A stretch of 248,000 bases of DNA from Hyalangium minutum. Its GTDB lineage: Bacteria; Myxococcota; Myxococcia; Myxococcales; Myxococcaceae. The stretch lies in the NCBI RefSeq assembly GCF_000737315.1, contig NZ_JMCB01000006.1:20001-268000 (forward strand). Direction: 5' to 3'. The translations under genes were made by a program, and so were the position numbers. Below the pieces are notes generated by a model. The model was given only the letters and a program-made list of their open reading frames with translations, did not search any database and was not told where the DNA came from. This document shows, piece by piece, positions 26,301 through 36,315 of this stretch (positions are counted from its first letter, which is position 1; each line of letters starts with the position of its first letter).

Positions 26301-28080
26301 ACTCGACCTCGGCCTGGGTGACGCCGTAGGGCTTGCCGGACAGCGTGGTGGCGCGCACCGCCAGCGTCGCCTCGGCGCCCTTCTTCACCACCGCCTCCGA
26401 GAAGCTCCCCGCGCCGAACACCTCCACCTCCGACAGGAAGAAGGAGGCAGCCGCGTTGGCGAAAGTCCCCTGGTCATCCCGCGCACGCACGCTGAGCGAG
26501 TAGCGGTACGGCAGCCGCTCCTCTCCCGCGGCCAGCGCTGGCACGCTGATCTCGATGACGGCCTCGCCGTTCTCATCGAACTTGGTGGCGCTCTCCCACG
26601 GGTCTCCCTCCGCGCCGCGCTCGGCCACGGAGGAGTAGAGGCGCTCGGGCACGCTGAGCTTGCCCTCGGAGCTGGAGGCCGTGCCGTACGTCACCGCGCT
26701 GCCCTGGCCACCCTTGCCCGCGTCATCCACCCAGGCGGGCGCGTCCAGCAGCGAGCGGTACAGGAACACGTCGTACTTGGCGCCCTCGGGCACGCCGCCC
26801 GCGTAGCGCCGCGCCTTCACCGTGGCCTTCAGCGTCTGGCCCGGGACGATGTTCTCCTTCTCCGGCGTCAGCTCCAGATAGAAGGTGGGCTTCACGTAGT
26901 CCTGCACGCGCGCTTCGCCCTGGTGCGCCTGGTCATCCACCGAGGCGTTCACCCGCAGCACGCCCGTGCCCAGGTCCGCCGGCACGTCCAGGGTGCCCGA
27001 GAAGCTGCCGAACTCATCCACCGACACCTGCGTCTTGATGTCGCGGCCCTCGGCGGACTCGAGCTTCACCGTCACCAGCTTCTTGCGCGGGGTGAACAGG
27101 CGCGCGAGGTACGTGTCCGGCTGGCGCAGCAGGCCGCGGAACTTCACCTGGTCTCCCGGCTTGTAGATGGGCCGGTCGCTGTAGATGAAGACGTCCGGCG
27201 CCACCGCCAGCGAGGAGTAGAAGTCCGTGTCCACCAGGCCCGTGTCCTTGCCCACGGTGGCCGTGGCGAGGATGCGCGGCTCGCTCACCTCCAGCGTCAC
27301 CTCACCCTTCTCGTCCGTCTTGCCCTCGGGGCCCTTGCCGGTGGGCAGGAACACGCGCACCTGGGCGCCCGCCTTGGGCTTCTGGTCCCGGCCCGCCACG
27401 CGCACCAGCACCTGGCCATCCGTCTGCTTCAGCTGAACCGTGAGGTCCGTCACGACGAGCACCACCTGGCCCTCCACCTTGCCCTGCACGAGCTGCAGCA
27501 CGTAGGTGCCCGCGGGCAGCGGCGCCAGCATCACCCGGCGCTCCTGGAAGCCGTGGCCGCCCCACGAGGAGAAGCCCGGCACGCTGAAGTCCACGCCGCC
27601 GCCCCCCAGGTCCAGGTTCAGCCACTGGCTGCGCGCGACGGTGAAGCCGGGCGGCACGCCGACGAGCTTGTCCGGGCCCTCGGCCATCTGGTTCAGCGTG
27701 GGCGCTACGTCCTCGGGGCCGCGCGCCGGCAGCGCCGGAGAGACGGCGTCACGGAACTCCGTGCTGAACGCGTAGAGCAGATAGGTGGAGGGCACCTTCA
27801 CCGAGTTCAGGCCGCGGCTGAGCGCGCGTCCCGGGTTCTTCAGCACGGGCGGCTGCTCGTACGCCCGGCGGATGTCGCTCTGGGCCTCGATGAAGGAGTC
27901 CAGGCTGTCCGGCTTGAGCACCCGCAGCTCCACGGGGCCCTTGCTGTTGAACGCCACGTCCACCGCCACCGGCTCCTGGGTGCCGTAGGCGCGAGGCACG
28001 GTGATGTAGAGCGGCTTGGCCGCCGCCACGCTGGCCAGCGTCACCGCGGCCAGCAGCGAAATGCGCGTGGAGTACCTCAT
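23374..28080 (-). CDS. Bacterial alpha-2-macroglobulin (YfaS-like)
   Basis: Signal peptide, SDRPIYKPG MG2 motif, thioester YPYGCLEQ. Confidence 0.9.
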   Translation of the reverse strand: MRYSTRISLLAAVTLASVAAAKPLYITVPRAYGTQEPVAVDVAFNSKGPVELRVLKPDSLDSFIEAQSDIRRAYEQPPVLKNPGRALSRGLNSVKVPSTYLLYAFSTEFRDAVSPALPARGPEDVAPTLNQMAEGPDKLVGVPPGFTVARSQWLNLDLGGGGVDFSVPGFSSWGGHGFQERRVMLAPLPAGTYVLQLVQGKVEGQVVLVVTDLTVQLKQTDGQVLVRVAGRDQKPKAGAQVRVFLPTGKGPEGKTDEKGEVTLEVSEPRILATATVGKDTGLVDTDFYSSLAVAPDVFIYSDRPIYKPGDQVKFRGLLRQPDTYLARLFTPRKKLVTVKLESAEGRDIKTQVSVDEFGSFSGTLDVPADLGTGVLRVNASVDDQAHQGEARVQDYVKPTFYLELTPEKENIVPGQTLKATVKARRYAGGVPEGAKYDVFLYRSLLDAPAWVDDAGKGGQGSAVTYGTASSSEGKLSVPERLYSSVAERGAEGDPWESATKFDENGEAVIEISVPALAAGEERLPYRYSLSVRARDDQGTFANAAASFFLSEVEVFGAGSFSEAVVKKGAEATLAVRATTLSGKPYGVTQAEVEFVLRKADGSEKSLSKHSLTTEANGIARQKVPTSEVGTVLARMTVKDKNGKAWTGEQSMLVIGGNDEPVARVANLTLASLSGTLSPGDSGQLVGLFPDGWGPGGKDRGPVWITFTGAGLYGTELLELEGRTLVHSFPVEKRYGSAVYASVAYPTSSGRWEERTVSFRIIPAERTLTVKLEPRRVEAAPLTEQVMDLRVTDHEGNGIVAQVSVGVVDKAVYAIQTEFRPKVLDFFYPPARNNVSNFYSAEFQGYGYGEALARKMAGLPDHAFASIKPPTRKAKDEERDTAFWQPNVVTDRDGRATVRFKLPSNQTLWVVTAVAADTSGRFGEGTGEFATRGGLNLYAALPQFLREGDEALASVRLSAGAASKGSQVLEVKLASAGALQANQTQEKIELGQGGEKVLPLQIKATGPGSAELSVDVTGGKDPLKDRRAVPVRPAALEEPVKVSAWGGGELSLQAASSATLTDVQLVLQPSVVDAALTNVRELLTYPYGCLEQLVSTTVPNVALYQTLKKVDMLGRLDPESQGLLAEARSRSVQGTSRILALAVKGGGFTWFGGYSTPDVAMTLIALDGLAYATEAGLVDANDTRLTEAARWLEAQENLPFEYDATRAYVLARMYGDRKADRVRALIDRATPGDLYPLALSVLAAEKAGVMKEPALQARIDSLVQASNEGFVQLASLNTATDAEAFFHYPLRRVGLTALLAHAASFGKLDVDKARRRLLELLSQPDLSTFDRSTALLHSLWLVERDAKAFKKLPPPEVKGAKGPVKFSPRGMGLVATLEPGTRSVNVASFEGVATLRATTLTPLPDVQPLSQGMSIERRYWVLRESGRQPLASGEEVAQGEEVFVELTIDARGDNKARSAYYVVEDAVPAGFVPLIEDKEFRGAPHSLNLAPEALKRRVLTPERATFFFEEPARWSDSPRSVGYVMRAQFAGKFTAPPASIEDMYVASLRARTKSDVLAVKASQKPRGDW

Positions 28081-29690
28081 GAACCAAACCCTCCCGGAAC
28101 CAGCGAATTGCCCTCTACCGTGCCGCGCAGCCCCACATACGGCAGCGTCTCGAGATCCTTGCGCGCCTCTTCAATCTCCGCGGGCGCCGAGCCCGGCACC
28201 GGCGCGTTCTTCCCGAGCTGCTGCTCGGACCAGTACCCGTCCGCCAGCAGCTGGCTGAGCAGGTGGCCCGTGTTCAAGCCAATCGTCACCGAGCCCGGCG
28301 CGCGCAGTCCCTCGACCACCGGGCCCGCCGCGTTGAGCAGGTTGGGGCTCTTGCCCTCGCACGCGCTCTGCAGGCGCTGGAGCACCTGCGGCTCGGAGGC
28401 CAGCACCTGGTGCTTGCACAGCGTGGCCTGCTCCAGCGTGTTGCCACCCGCGAACATCGTCTTCAGCGCGGGCGCGTCCTCCACCCGGCCCCAGAGGATG
28501 GCAAACTCGTGGCCCAGGTCCGCGTCGCCGCGCGGCGTCCACACCAGCGCAATCTGCCGCGTGCGCACCTGCCCGGGGTCCTGGCCCTCCCAGTACTGCT
28601 TGATCTTCGCGCCCTCCAGGGACTCGGGCAGCTTGAGCTGCAGCGCCAGCAGCACCGGCGTGTCCGAGGGCACCAGCTTCAGCAAGTCATCCGAGAGCGG
28701 CGCCGCATCCAGCCGCACCTTGTCCAACAGCGGCCCCGTAATGCCGCGAGGCACCAGCCGCTTGCCCTCGGCGCCGAACTGCAGCCGGGTACCGTTGGCG
28801 AGCCCCAGCGCGTGCGTGAGGAACACCGTCTCGCGCCCGAGCACCTCGCTGTTGAAGCCCAGCTCCAGGTCCACGTTGGCGGGGGCCTCCAGCTTCGTCA
28901 GCTCGGCGCACAGGCCGCGCAGCACCATGTTGGGCTGCCGCGCCACCACGATGCGATCCGCCGTACGCGCGGCGTACAGCGACTGCTCGGCCACCAGCCA
29001 GCGGGCGATCTTGAAGCCACCCTCGGGAACCGTGGCGGACGCGGGCGCGCCGTAGGGGCACTTGTCGGAGGTATAGCCGCCGCGGCTGGCCACCTTCTCC
29101 ATGGCCTCGTAGGCCGTGGCGGCGGTGGCATTCGGCGCGGGGACAATGAAGGCGGGGGCGTTCGAGTCACTGCCGCCCACGAACCACAGCGCGCGGAACG
29201 GCGAGTCCAGCAGCTGCCCGGCCACCACGTCGAACACGGCGCCCTTGAAGGAGGCCTTCAGGTCCTCGCCGGTGGAGCCGAAGAAGGCAGCCCAGGAGCT
29301 GGCGAAGCCCTGGCCGAGCGGCTTCTTCATCTGCTGCTGGAGCCACGCGTTCCCCACGAGCGCACTGCGCACCTTGGCGGGCTGGTACACGTCCACCCAG
29401 ACCGCGGGAGAGCCCTGCGTGGGCGGAGACAGGCGCTGGGTCGGCGGAGGCGGCGGCATGCCCTCCACGGTGGCTCCAGCGCTCTGCACGCCCGAGGTGC
29501 CCTGCTCCGTCGTATCGGAGCTGTCACTGCCCGCGCCCGAGTTCGCGCTGCGGCGTCCGAGCACGTAGGCGCCCACGCCCACGCCGCTCACCACCACGGT
29601 GACGATGGCGACGAGGATCGCCTTGGAGGCGCCACCTCCCGAGCGGGGTGGCTCGGGGGACGGGCCCGAAGGGGTTTCGGATGAGCTCAT
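28077..29690 (-). CDS. YfaA-like membrane-anchored protein of the A2M operon
   Basis: Single N-terminal TM; overlaps both neighbours; assignment by synteny. Confidence 0.5.
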   Translation of the reverse strand: MSSSETPSGPSPEPPRSGGGASKAILVAIVTVVVSGVGVGAYVLGRRSANSGAGSDSSDTTEQGTSGVQSAGATVEGMPPPPPTQRLSPPTQGSPAVWVDVYQPAKVRSALVGNAWLQQQMKKPLGQGFASSWAAFFGSTGEDLKASFKGAVFDVVAGQLLDSPFRALWFVGGSDSNAPAFIVPAPNATAATAYEAMEKVASRGGYTSDKCPYGAPASATVPEGGFKIARWLVAEQSLYAARTADRIVVARQPNMVLRGLCAELTKLEAPANVDLELGFNSEVLGRETVFLTHALGLANGTRLQFGAEGKRLVPRGITGPLLDKVRLDAAPLSDDLLKLVPSDTPVLLALQLKLPESLEGAKIKQYWEGQDPGQVRTRQIALVWTPRGDADLGHEFAILWGRVEDAPALKTMFAGGNTLEQATLCKHQVLASEPQVLQRLQSACEGKSPNLLNAAGPVVEGLRAPGSVTIGLNTGHLLSQLLADGYWSEQQLGKNAPVPGSAPAEIEEARKDLETLPYVGLRGTVEGNSLVPGGFGS

Positions 29691-30283
29691 TGCATCCACT
29701 CCTTGAAGCGGAAGAAGCCGAGGAAGGCGGTGTTCTGGGGAATGGGGCGCCACTCGAGCGGCGCCTCGGTGGCGAGCCGGTGCAGCACGCCGGTCCTCAC
29801 GGCGGCGCCCTTCTCGCCCGGGTGGTAGACGACACGGGCCGGCGCGTGCGCCTTGTCCTCCGGGCGCACCACCAGCATGAGGTGGAACACGGGGCCGGAG
29901 TCATGCTCCTGGCGGAACGCCACCAGGTCCCCGGTGCGCAGCGACTCGAGCGCGGCCTCGTCCCGGCCCAGCGGCGCGAAGCTGCGCGTGAGCAGCGTCT
30001 CCGCGTCCGCGAACTCGGCGGGCCGCCCCTGTACGTCCAGCCACAGGGGACGCTCGACGCGCTCGGCGTAGAAGCGCTTGTAGGCGCTGCGGTAGGCGAA
30101 GCGCACCAGCCCGGCGCAGTCGCGCTGGTCCGGGTGCCACAGCGGATCAAACTTCTGGAACTGGGCCAGCGCCACCTGCCCCACCTCGCGGCGCAGCAGC
30201 ACGTCGCGGGCCTCGCGCGAGTCGGACGCAGGAGGCGGAGGCGTGGAGGCGGCAAGCGCCAGCGTGAGGGACAGGAAGAGCAT
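29687..30283 (-). CDS. DUF1175 (YfaT-like) protein
   Basis: QRDCAGLVRFAYR, GDLVAF, FHLM, FLGFFR. Confidence 0.8.
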   Translation of the reverse strand: MLFLSLTLALAASTPPPPASDSREARDVLLRREVGQVALAQFQKFDPLWHPDQRDCAGLVRFAYRSAYKRFYAERVERPLWLDVQGRPAEFADAETLLTRSFAPLGRDEAALESLRTGDLVAFRQEHDSGPVFHLMLVVRPEDKAHAPARVVYHPGEKGAAVRTGVLHRLATEAPLEWRPIPQNTAFLGFFRFKEWMQ

Positions 30284-30300
30284 GGTCCAGGCTGGGAGCG

Positions 30301-31281
30301 TCAGTCCCCGCCCTCGGAGCTGCCCTCGCCCTCGCCCTCGGAGCCCTCGTAGCCCTCGCCCTCGCCTTCGTAGCCGCCCTCGTCGCCGTAGTCCCCGGAG
30401 TTGCCGGAGGACACGTTCTTGGCCACCTCATCGAGGTTCTTGGGCCACGAGGCCCCCGTGGGCTTCGGATCCTGAGAGGGCACATACACCTCCGCCTGGT
30501 TCTCGCCGGTGATGTTGATCCACGCGAGCACGCGCGTGGTGCCCGGGGTGGCCAGGGGAATGCGCACCATGCGGCGCACCTCGCCCGGGGTGCCCTCGAA
30601 GAGCGCCACGTTGAGGGTGGCCAGCGTGTGGGCCTTGTCACCGCTGGGCCAGTAGTTGGTGGCGATCAGGTAGATGCCCTGGGGCGGCGCCCGGTGGATA
30701 TAAAGGTAGGGGCCGTAGGCAGGCTGATCGAAGTCGCCGCCCTGCTCGTTGAGGAAGAAGGTGCCGCCGGTGGGGCTGGAGGTGTCCGCCCAGTAGACGT
30801 GCGCCATCTTCTTGCCGTCCATCGTCAGGCCCTCGGCCGTCTTGGTGACGCTGTCGTTGGTGGGCTCGTAGACGTGGAGGTCCGTGTAGACGCCCTCGGT
30901 GTCGCTGGTGAGGATGGTCTTGAGCGGCACGGGCGGAATCTGCGCGTACGCCGTCACCTGCGAGCGCGCCGTGCCCGCCTGGTTGGTGGCCATCACCGTG
31001 ACGATGTTCTTGCCGCTGGCGGCGGGGAACTTCCGGCTGAAGCGCCCGTTGAAGGTGCGCATCAGGTACCGGTCTCCGTTGATGGAGACGACCACCGGAT
31101 CAATGGTGGTGTCGCTGATCGTCCCCTCCACCAGCATCATCCGGTCCACCGTCCAGCCGCCGGTGGGGGCAGTGAGCGTGACCTTGGCCAGCTTGGTGCC
31201 CGTGCCAATGGGCACGCCCTGCTGGCGAGGGTTCTCGTGCGGCGTCTGGGTGAGGAGCAGTGCCAGGAAGACAGGCAGCAT
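30301..31281 (-). CDS. DUF2135 (YfaP-like) protein
   Basis: Ig-like N-terminus; TDLHVYEP; GPYLY; acidic C-terminal tail. Confidence 0.75.
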   Translation of the reverse strand: MLPVFLALLLTQTPHENPRQQGVPIGTGTKLAKVTLTAPTGGWTVDRMMLVEGTISDTTIDPVVVSINGDRYLMRTFNGRFSRKFPAASGKNIVTVMATNQAGTARSQVTAYAQIPPVPLKTILTSDTEGVYTDLHVYEPTNDSVTKTAEGLTMDGKKMAHVYWADTSSPTGGTFFLNEQGGDFDQPAYGPYLYIHRAPPQGIYLIATNYWPSGDKAHTLATLNVALFEGTPGEVRRMVRIPLATPGTTRVLAWINITGENQAEVYVPSQDPKPTGASWPKNLDEVAKNVSSGNSGDYGDEGGYEGEGEGYEGSEGEGEGSSEGGD

Positions 31282-32489
31282 CGGGAGCTCGTCGGGGTGG
31301 AGTGGGAGACGGCGGAGGCGTTGACGGGCGACAGCCTGCGGCAGCAGCGCGCCTCATTTCAAGCCGCCTGCCTGCCCTGACCCGGGGTGCAAAAGAGGAA
31401 GACTTGTGGCATGGGCCCCATGCGTGTGGGGGCTTCGCTTCCAGGGCCCGGCTCGTTCATGATGGGTGGGCTTTGGACGCTGCTGCTGAAATCGTGACCG
31501 TGGGCCCTCCAACAACTTCCGATCGCCTCAGCCTGGCGCGGAAAGTCTTCCTGTTTTTCATGGTCGAGGGCCTGCCACTGCTGGGGCTGCTCTACGGGGT
31601 GTGGCTCTTCCTCCACGAAGGCATCCGCTGGCTGGACGTGGGGCTGTTCGTGGGGATGTACGTGGCCACGATGACGGGCATCGAGCTGGGCTTCCACCGC
31701 TACTTCGCCCACCGCACCTTCGAGACGACGCGGCCCATTCGTGCGCTGCTCCTCATCCTCGGCTCGATGGCGGGCCAGGGCTCCACGCTGCTGTGGAGCG
31801 GCCTCCACCGCTGGCACCACGCGCACACGGACATTCCCGGGGACATCCACTCACCGACGCTCGGGCGGCAGGGGTGGTGGCAGCGGGTGCGCGGGTTCTT
31901 CTGGTCGCAGTTCCTCTGGTACCTGGACTCGCCCGCCGTGGTCCTCTTCGCGCGCTTCATGAACCGCCACCGCGCGGATCCGGAGATCGCCCTGTCCTCC
32001 CCGGAGGATACCCAGGAGTTCCGCATCGTCCGCACGATGCCGGACCTTGTGCGCGATGCGTGGCTCGTGCGGCTCAACCAGCGGTATGGGCTCTGGGTGC
32101 TGCTCGGGCTGGCGCTGCCCGCAGTGCTGGGCGGGCTGCTCACAGGCTCGTGGGAGGGTGCGTGGCGAGGGCTCGTGTGGGGCGGCTTTGTCCGCTTCGC
32201 GCTGGTGCAGCAGGCCTCGTTCGCCGTCAACTCGGTGACGCACACCTTGGGCACGCAGCCGCTGGCGTGCCGGGACGACAGCCGTAACAACGGGGTGATG
32301 GCGGTGCTGACGCTCGGGGCCGGGTGGCACAACAACCACCACACCTTCCCTGGCTCGGCCTTCACGGACTTCCGCTGGTATCAGGTGGACATCTCCGGCC
32401 TGATGCTCCGCGCCCTGGAGAAGCTCGGGCTGGCGTGGGATGTCCGCCGGCCCTCGCCCGAGTCCATCGCCGCGCGCAAGCGTCCCTGA
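31260..32489 (+). CDS. Acyl-CoA (delta-9-like) fatty acid desaturase (true start probably downstream)
   Basis: His boxes FHRYFAH, HRWHH, WHNNHH. Confidence 0.85.
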   Translation: MPGRQAASGARRGGVGDGGGVDGRQPAAAARLISSRLPALTRGAKEEDLWHGPHACGGFASRARLVHDGWALDAAAEIVTVGPPTTSDRLSLARKVFLFFMVEGLPLLGLLYGVWLFLHEGIRWLDVGLFVGMYVATMTGIELGFHRYFAHRTFETTRPIRALLLILGSMAGQGSTLLWSGLHRWHHAHTDIPGDIHSPTLGRQGWWQRVRGFFWSQFLWYLDSPAVVLFARFMNRHRADPEIALSSPEDTQEFRIVRTMPDLVRDAWLVRLNQRYGLWVLLGLALPAVLGGLLTGSWEGAWRGLVWGGFVRFALVQQASFAVNSVTHTLGTQPLACRDDSRNNGVMAVLTLGAGWHNNHHTFPGSAFTDFRWYQVDISGLMLRALEKLGLAWDVRRPSPESIAARKRP

Positions 32490-32516
32490 GACGCTGAGCA
32501 GCGGGTGGGCCCGGGC

Positions 32517-35246
32517 TCACGCGCTCGCGTACTGGAGGCCCTCTTCCTCGCTCAGCGGGAGACTGAAGCAGAAGGTGTTCCCGTCATCCGAGGTGTTCAG
32601 CCAGATACGGCCGCCGTGCGCCTCGACGATCTGCCAGCTCAAGTGCAGCCCCAGGCCCACCACGCCCGTGTAGCCCGTGGCGCCTGGGGGCAGCGGCTCG
32701 TAGAGGGGTTCGAAGACGTGGGGCTGGCGCTCGGGAGGGATGCCAGGCCCGTGGTCGCTCACGGAGACCATCGCCTGGTGCTCCGCGCACCGCAGCCGGA
32801 CCTCGATGGCCGCACCGGGAGGCGAGTACCGGATGGCGTTCTCCAGCAGGTGCGCCACCACGTCCCCCATGCGCTGGCGGTCTCCATCGACGAGGAGTGA
32901 CTCGGAGACCTCGACACGGATGGGACTCTCCGTGGTGCGGGACAGGCTCTTCACCTTCTCCTCCACCACCTCGCTCAAGTCGAACCGGTCGCGCTCCATC
33001 TTCGGCAGGCCCGGCGCCATCCACACCGCGGCGAAGAGGTGCTCCACCAGCTGCGCCAGCCGCCGCGTGTTCCGGGCAATGGCCGTGAGCCCCTTCTGCT
33101 GGCGCACGGAGTTCACCTCCATGCGGCTGAGGATGTCCGCCCATGTCTGGATGGTGGTGACGGGCGTGCGCAGCTCGTGGGCGGCCGCGGACATGAACTC
33201 CTCGCGCAGCCGCAGGGCCTCGCGGACCTCCAGGAAGAGGCGCGCCTTCTCGATGGCCATGGCGAAGAGCTGGCCCACCGTGGTGTGGAACTCCAGCTCG
33301 CGCGGGGCGAACTGGCGCGGCTCGTGGGTGAAGCACGTCAGCACGCCCACGAGGTGCCCCCGCGAGTGCAGAGGAATGGAGACGAGGCTCCGGAAGCCCT
33401 CCTCGAGCGCGAACTTCTTCGTGAGCGCTGGGGCCTCCTGGGACAGCATGTCGCCGATCACCTGGAGGGTCTCCTGCCGGGCCGCCTGGGCCGTGAGCAG
33501 CGGGGACTCCAGGGAGATCTGCTGCAGGTCCTCGCGGATCTTCTGGGCCAGCCCGTAGGAGCCAATCAAGGAGAGCTGCTGGTGATCCGGCTTGGCCAGC
33601 CACAGCCCCGCGGCATCGGCGCCCAGGGCCTGGAGGCTCTGCTCGATGGCCACGTGGGCCACGCGCTCCAGCTCCACCTCCATGACCAGGGCCTGGCTGA
33701 CGCGGGACAGCGCCAGCTCGCGCTCGAGCAGCCGCGTCCGCTCCTCCTCCACCTGCATGCGCTCGGTGATGTCGTGGACGACGATCTCCCCCAGGATGAT
33801 CTGCCCCGCGGAGTTGCGCACCGGAGCGCCGTTGATGCTGACCAGGCGCTCCTCTCCCTTCGCGGTGCGCAGACGCAGCTCCACGTCGGTGAAGGTCTCC
33901 CCCGCCAGGGCGCGCTGGAGCGGCATCTCCGCCAGCTCCACGGGGCGCCCATCGAGGTGCCGGAAGCAGTGGCGCTCGAGATACTCCTCCAGCGGCCGGC
34001 CCAGGGAAGAGCAATCCTTGAACCCCAGCAAGCGGCACCCGGCCGGGTTGGCGTCACACAGCCGGCCGTCCGGGCTGATGAGGAAGATGGCATCCGGCAC
34101 ACTGGCGATGATGGCGTCACGCTGGCTGGCGTGCCGCTCGGCCTCCTCGCGCAGGGCATCCACCTCGGCCTGGCGCCGCGCAACGCGGGAGGACATCTCA
34201 TTGAAGGCCTCGGCCAGTTCCTGGAGCTCATCGCCCGTCTGGATGGAGACCCGCTGCCCCAGCTCGCCACGGCCCACGTTGCGTGCCACCGCCCGCAGGC
34301 TCCGGACCGGGTAGGCGTAGCGGCGGGCGAGCACGGCCGAGAGCAGCGCGCTCAGGAGCAGGATGCCCAGGAAGGCGCCCAGCTTCGCACGGAGCCACCC
34401 GTAGAGCGGCGCCAGCGCCACGTCGCGAGGCGCCATCACACCCACGGCCCACCCATGGCGAGGCGTCGGAACGAAGGTGCCCAGCGAGAGGACCGTGCTC
34501 AGTGGGTTGGTGAAGCGCTCGAGCTGCACGGGCGTCCCAGCCAGCGCGCGCCGCAGGGGCTCCAGGGCGAGAAATGCACCGCTCTGCGCGTACGTCAAAT
34601 CCGGGTAGCCGGTGTGAAAGGCCAACCGGCCCGTCGCATCGACCAGGAAGATCTCCTGGCCGGACTGGAGGCGAGCGTCCAGGTAGCGGCGCGCGAGCAG
34701 GCGGGTCTGCATGATGACGTTCACGACGCCCGTCGGCCGGCCCTCGGGTCCGGGAATGGGCACGGAGATCAGGATCGCCGTGCCCTGGGGACGGCGCAGC
34801 TCGATGACTTCGGAGATGACCGGGGCCCCGGTCGCCATCACCTTCTGGAAGTAGGGGCGATCCCCAATGCGGAGCCGGGGCTCGGCAGGTGCGTCCGGTT
34901 CACCCCAGCCGCGGTTCAAGCCCGTGGCGTCGTAGACGCCGATGGCGTCATAGAGAGAGCTGCGCAGGACCAGCTGCTGCATGTGGCCGTCCAGCTGACG
35001 GGGATCCATGCCCTGCACCAGCGGATCATTGGCCACCGCCTGGGCGAACTCGATGGCGGCCTCGAAGGACTCGGTGAGCTGCACCGCGACGGCCTGCGCG
35101 GTGATGCGCTGGGTGGCCAGCAGGGTCTCCTGGGTCCGCTGCTTCCCCAGGAAGAAGTCCGCGCTCAGGAGCACCAGGACGGGCAGCAGCACAGCGCCGA
35201 AGGCGAGCAGCAGCTTGGCGTGAAAATGCAGTCGAGGCATGGCCAT
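32517..35246 (-). CDS. Sensor histidine kinase, Cache-HAMP-PAS-GAF
   Basis: AAHELRTP H-box, GLGL G-box. Confidence 0.9.
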   Translation of the reverse strand: MAMPRLHFHAKLLLAFGAVLLPVLVLLSADFFLGKQRTQETLLATQRITAQAVAVQLTESFEAAIEFAQAVANDPLVQGMDPRQLDGHMQQLVLRSSLYDAIGVYDATGLNRGWGEPDAPAEPRLRIGDRPYFQKVMATGAPVISEVIELRRPQGTAILISVPIPGPEGRPTGVVNVIMQTRLLARRYLDARLQSGQEIFLVDATGRLAFHTGYPDLTYAQSGAFLALEPLRRALAGTPVQLERFTNPLSTVLSLGTFVPTPRHGWAVGVMAPRDVALAPLYGWLRAKLGAFLGILLLSALLSAVLARRYAYPVRSLRAVARNVGRGELGQRVSIQTGDELQELAEAFNEMSSRVARRQAEVDALREEAERHASQRDAIIASVPDAIFLISPDGRLCDANPAGCRLLGFKDCSSLGRPLEEYLERHCFRHLDGRPVELAEMPLQRALAGETFTDVELRLRTAKGEERLVSINGAPVRNSAGQIILGEIVVHDITERMQVEEERTRLLERELALSRVSQALVMEVELERVAHVAIEQSLQALGADAAGLWLAKPDHQQLSLIGSYGLAQKIREDLQQISLESPLLTAQAARQETLQVIGDMLSQEAPALTKKFALEEGFRSLVSIPLHSRGHLVGVLTCFTHEPRQFAPRELEFHTTVGQLFAMAIEKARLFLEVREALRLREEFMSAAAHELRTPVTTIQTWADILSRMEVNSVRQQKGLTAIARNTRRLAQLVEHLFAAVWMAPGLPKMERDRFDLSEVVEEKVKSLSRTTESPIRVEVSESLLVDGDRQRMGDVVAHLLENAIRYSPPGAAIEVRLRCAEHQAMVSVSDHGPGIPPERQPHVFEPLYEPLPPGATGYTGVVGLGLHLSWQIVEAHGGRIWLNTSDDGNTFCFSLPLSEEEGLQYASA

Positions 35247-35453
35247 CCGAGAGACGCGTTTCCCGTCTCAACAGTCATGACGCCTCCTTGCCTTCACCCC
35301 CCTCACTGTTACCGGCAGGGAACCCTGGCGAGTGAGCGTGCCCCTGCCCGGTTTGCTCCGAGGGACAGAAGCCCCCCGGAGCTCAGAGAGCGGCCAGGAC
35401 AGCGCCTGGGAGCTGCCCCGCTCTGGGCCGGTGTCGGGGCTCGCCCAAGCCGC

Positions 35454-36281
35454 TCAGGGAGAGGGAATGAGCCCCTCGCCGTGCCTCACCAGGACCGCCC
35501 GCGAGTAGGCCATCTGGAACCCAAGCCGCGCGGCGTTGCGCTCGGTGGGGATTCCGGGTCCGGAGTGGATCACGGCCCAGCGGCTCCCGTGCTCGCGCCC
35601 TTGCTCGAGGCGCCGGATGATCAGCGCCTGCTGGATGCCCCTCCCACGGTATGCGGGCCTCACGGAGGTCCCGAACAACTGGGTGACGCCCTCGCTCGAC
35701 TCGCAGCCACCCGCGCCCACGGTCTCGCGGCCGATACGGGCCATGAACAGGTCGTACCCAGGCGCTGTCGAGGCCCTCATCCCGAACTCCAGGATGGGCT
35801 CCGGCACCGCCACGCCCTCGGGGAAGAAGCCGCTGAAGGCCACCTCCACGTGCTCGCGGACCGCGGCGGTGTTCTTCGGATCCACCCGGTCGATCGTCAC
35901 GCCCTGGGGCCAGCCTCCCTTCAGGAGCACGCGGAGGTCCTCGCCTCCCGACAAGTCCCTCACGAGGGTGTTCTCGAACTCGTGGAGCACGAACCCTCTC
36001 CGAGCGAGCCCCGCGAGCAGCTCGGGCGGCGCAAACGGGCTCAGCTCGACCTTGGGCTCCGCGCCGCGCTCCGTGAAGAACGCGACGATCCGGTCCAGCT
36101 CCGCGTCCGTGAGGGCCCGATCGAAGCCGAGCCCGCAGGCCTTGTTGATCGGCGAGCCGGGCGAGTCGAAGAGGAGCCAGCCATCGGCCAGGCGCTCGGC
36201 CTCCTTGACGAACCGTGACAGCGGAACACCGTGCTTGTGTTCGACGAGGCGGGCGATCCCAGCGAAGTCCAGGTCTTTCAT
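35454..36281 (-). CDS. GNAT family N-acetyltransferase
   Basis: TSVRPAYRGRGIQQAL, RNAARLGF. Confidence 0.8.
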   Translation of the reverse strand: MKDLDFAGIARLVEHKHGVPLSRFVKEAERLADGWLLFDSPGSPINKACGLGFDRALTDAELDRIVAFFTERGAEPKVELSPFAPPELLAGLARRGFVLHEFENTLVRDLSGGEDLRVLLKGGWPQGVTIDRVDPKNTAAVREHVEVAFSGFFPEGVAVPEPILEFGMRASTAPGYDLFMARIGRETVGAGGCESSEGVTQLFGTSVRPAYRGRGIQQALIIRRLEQGREHGSRWAVIHSGPGIPTERNAARLGFQMAYSRAVLVRHGEGLIPSP

Positions 36282-36315
36282 TGCGCGCGAGTCTTTGAGG
36301 GGTGGAACTCCGAGT

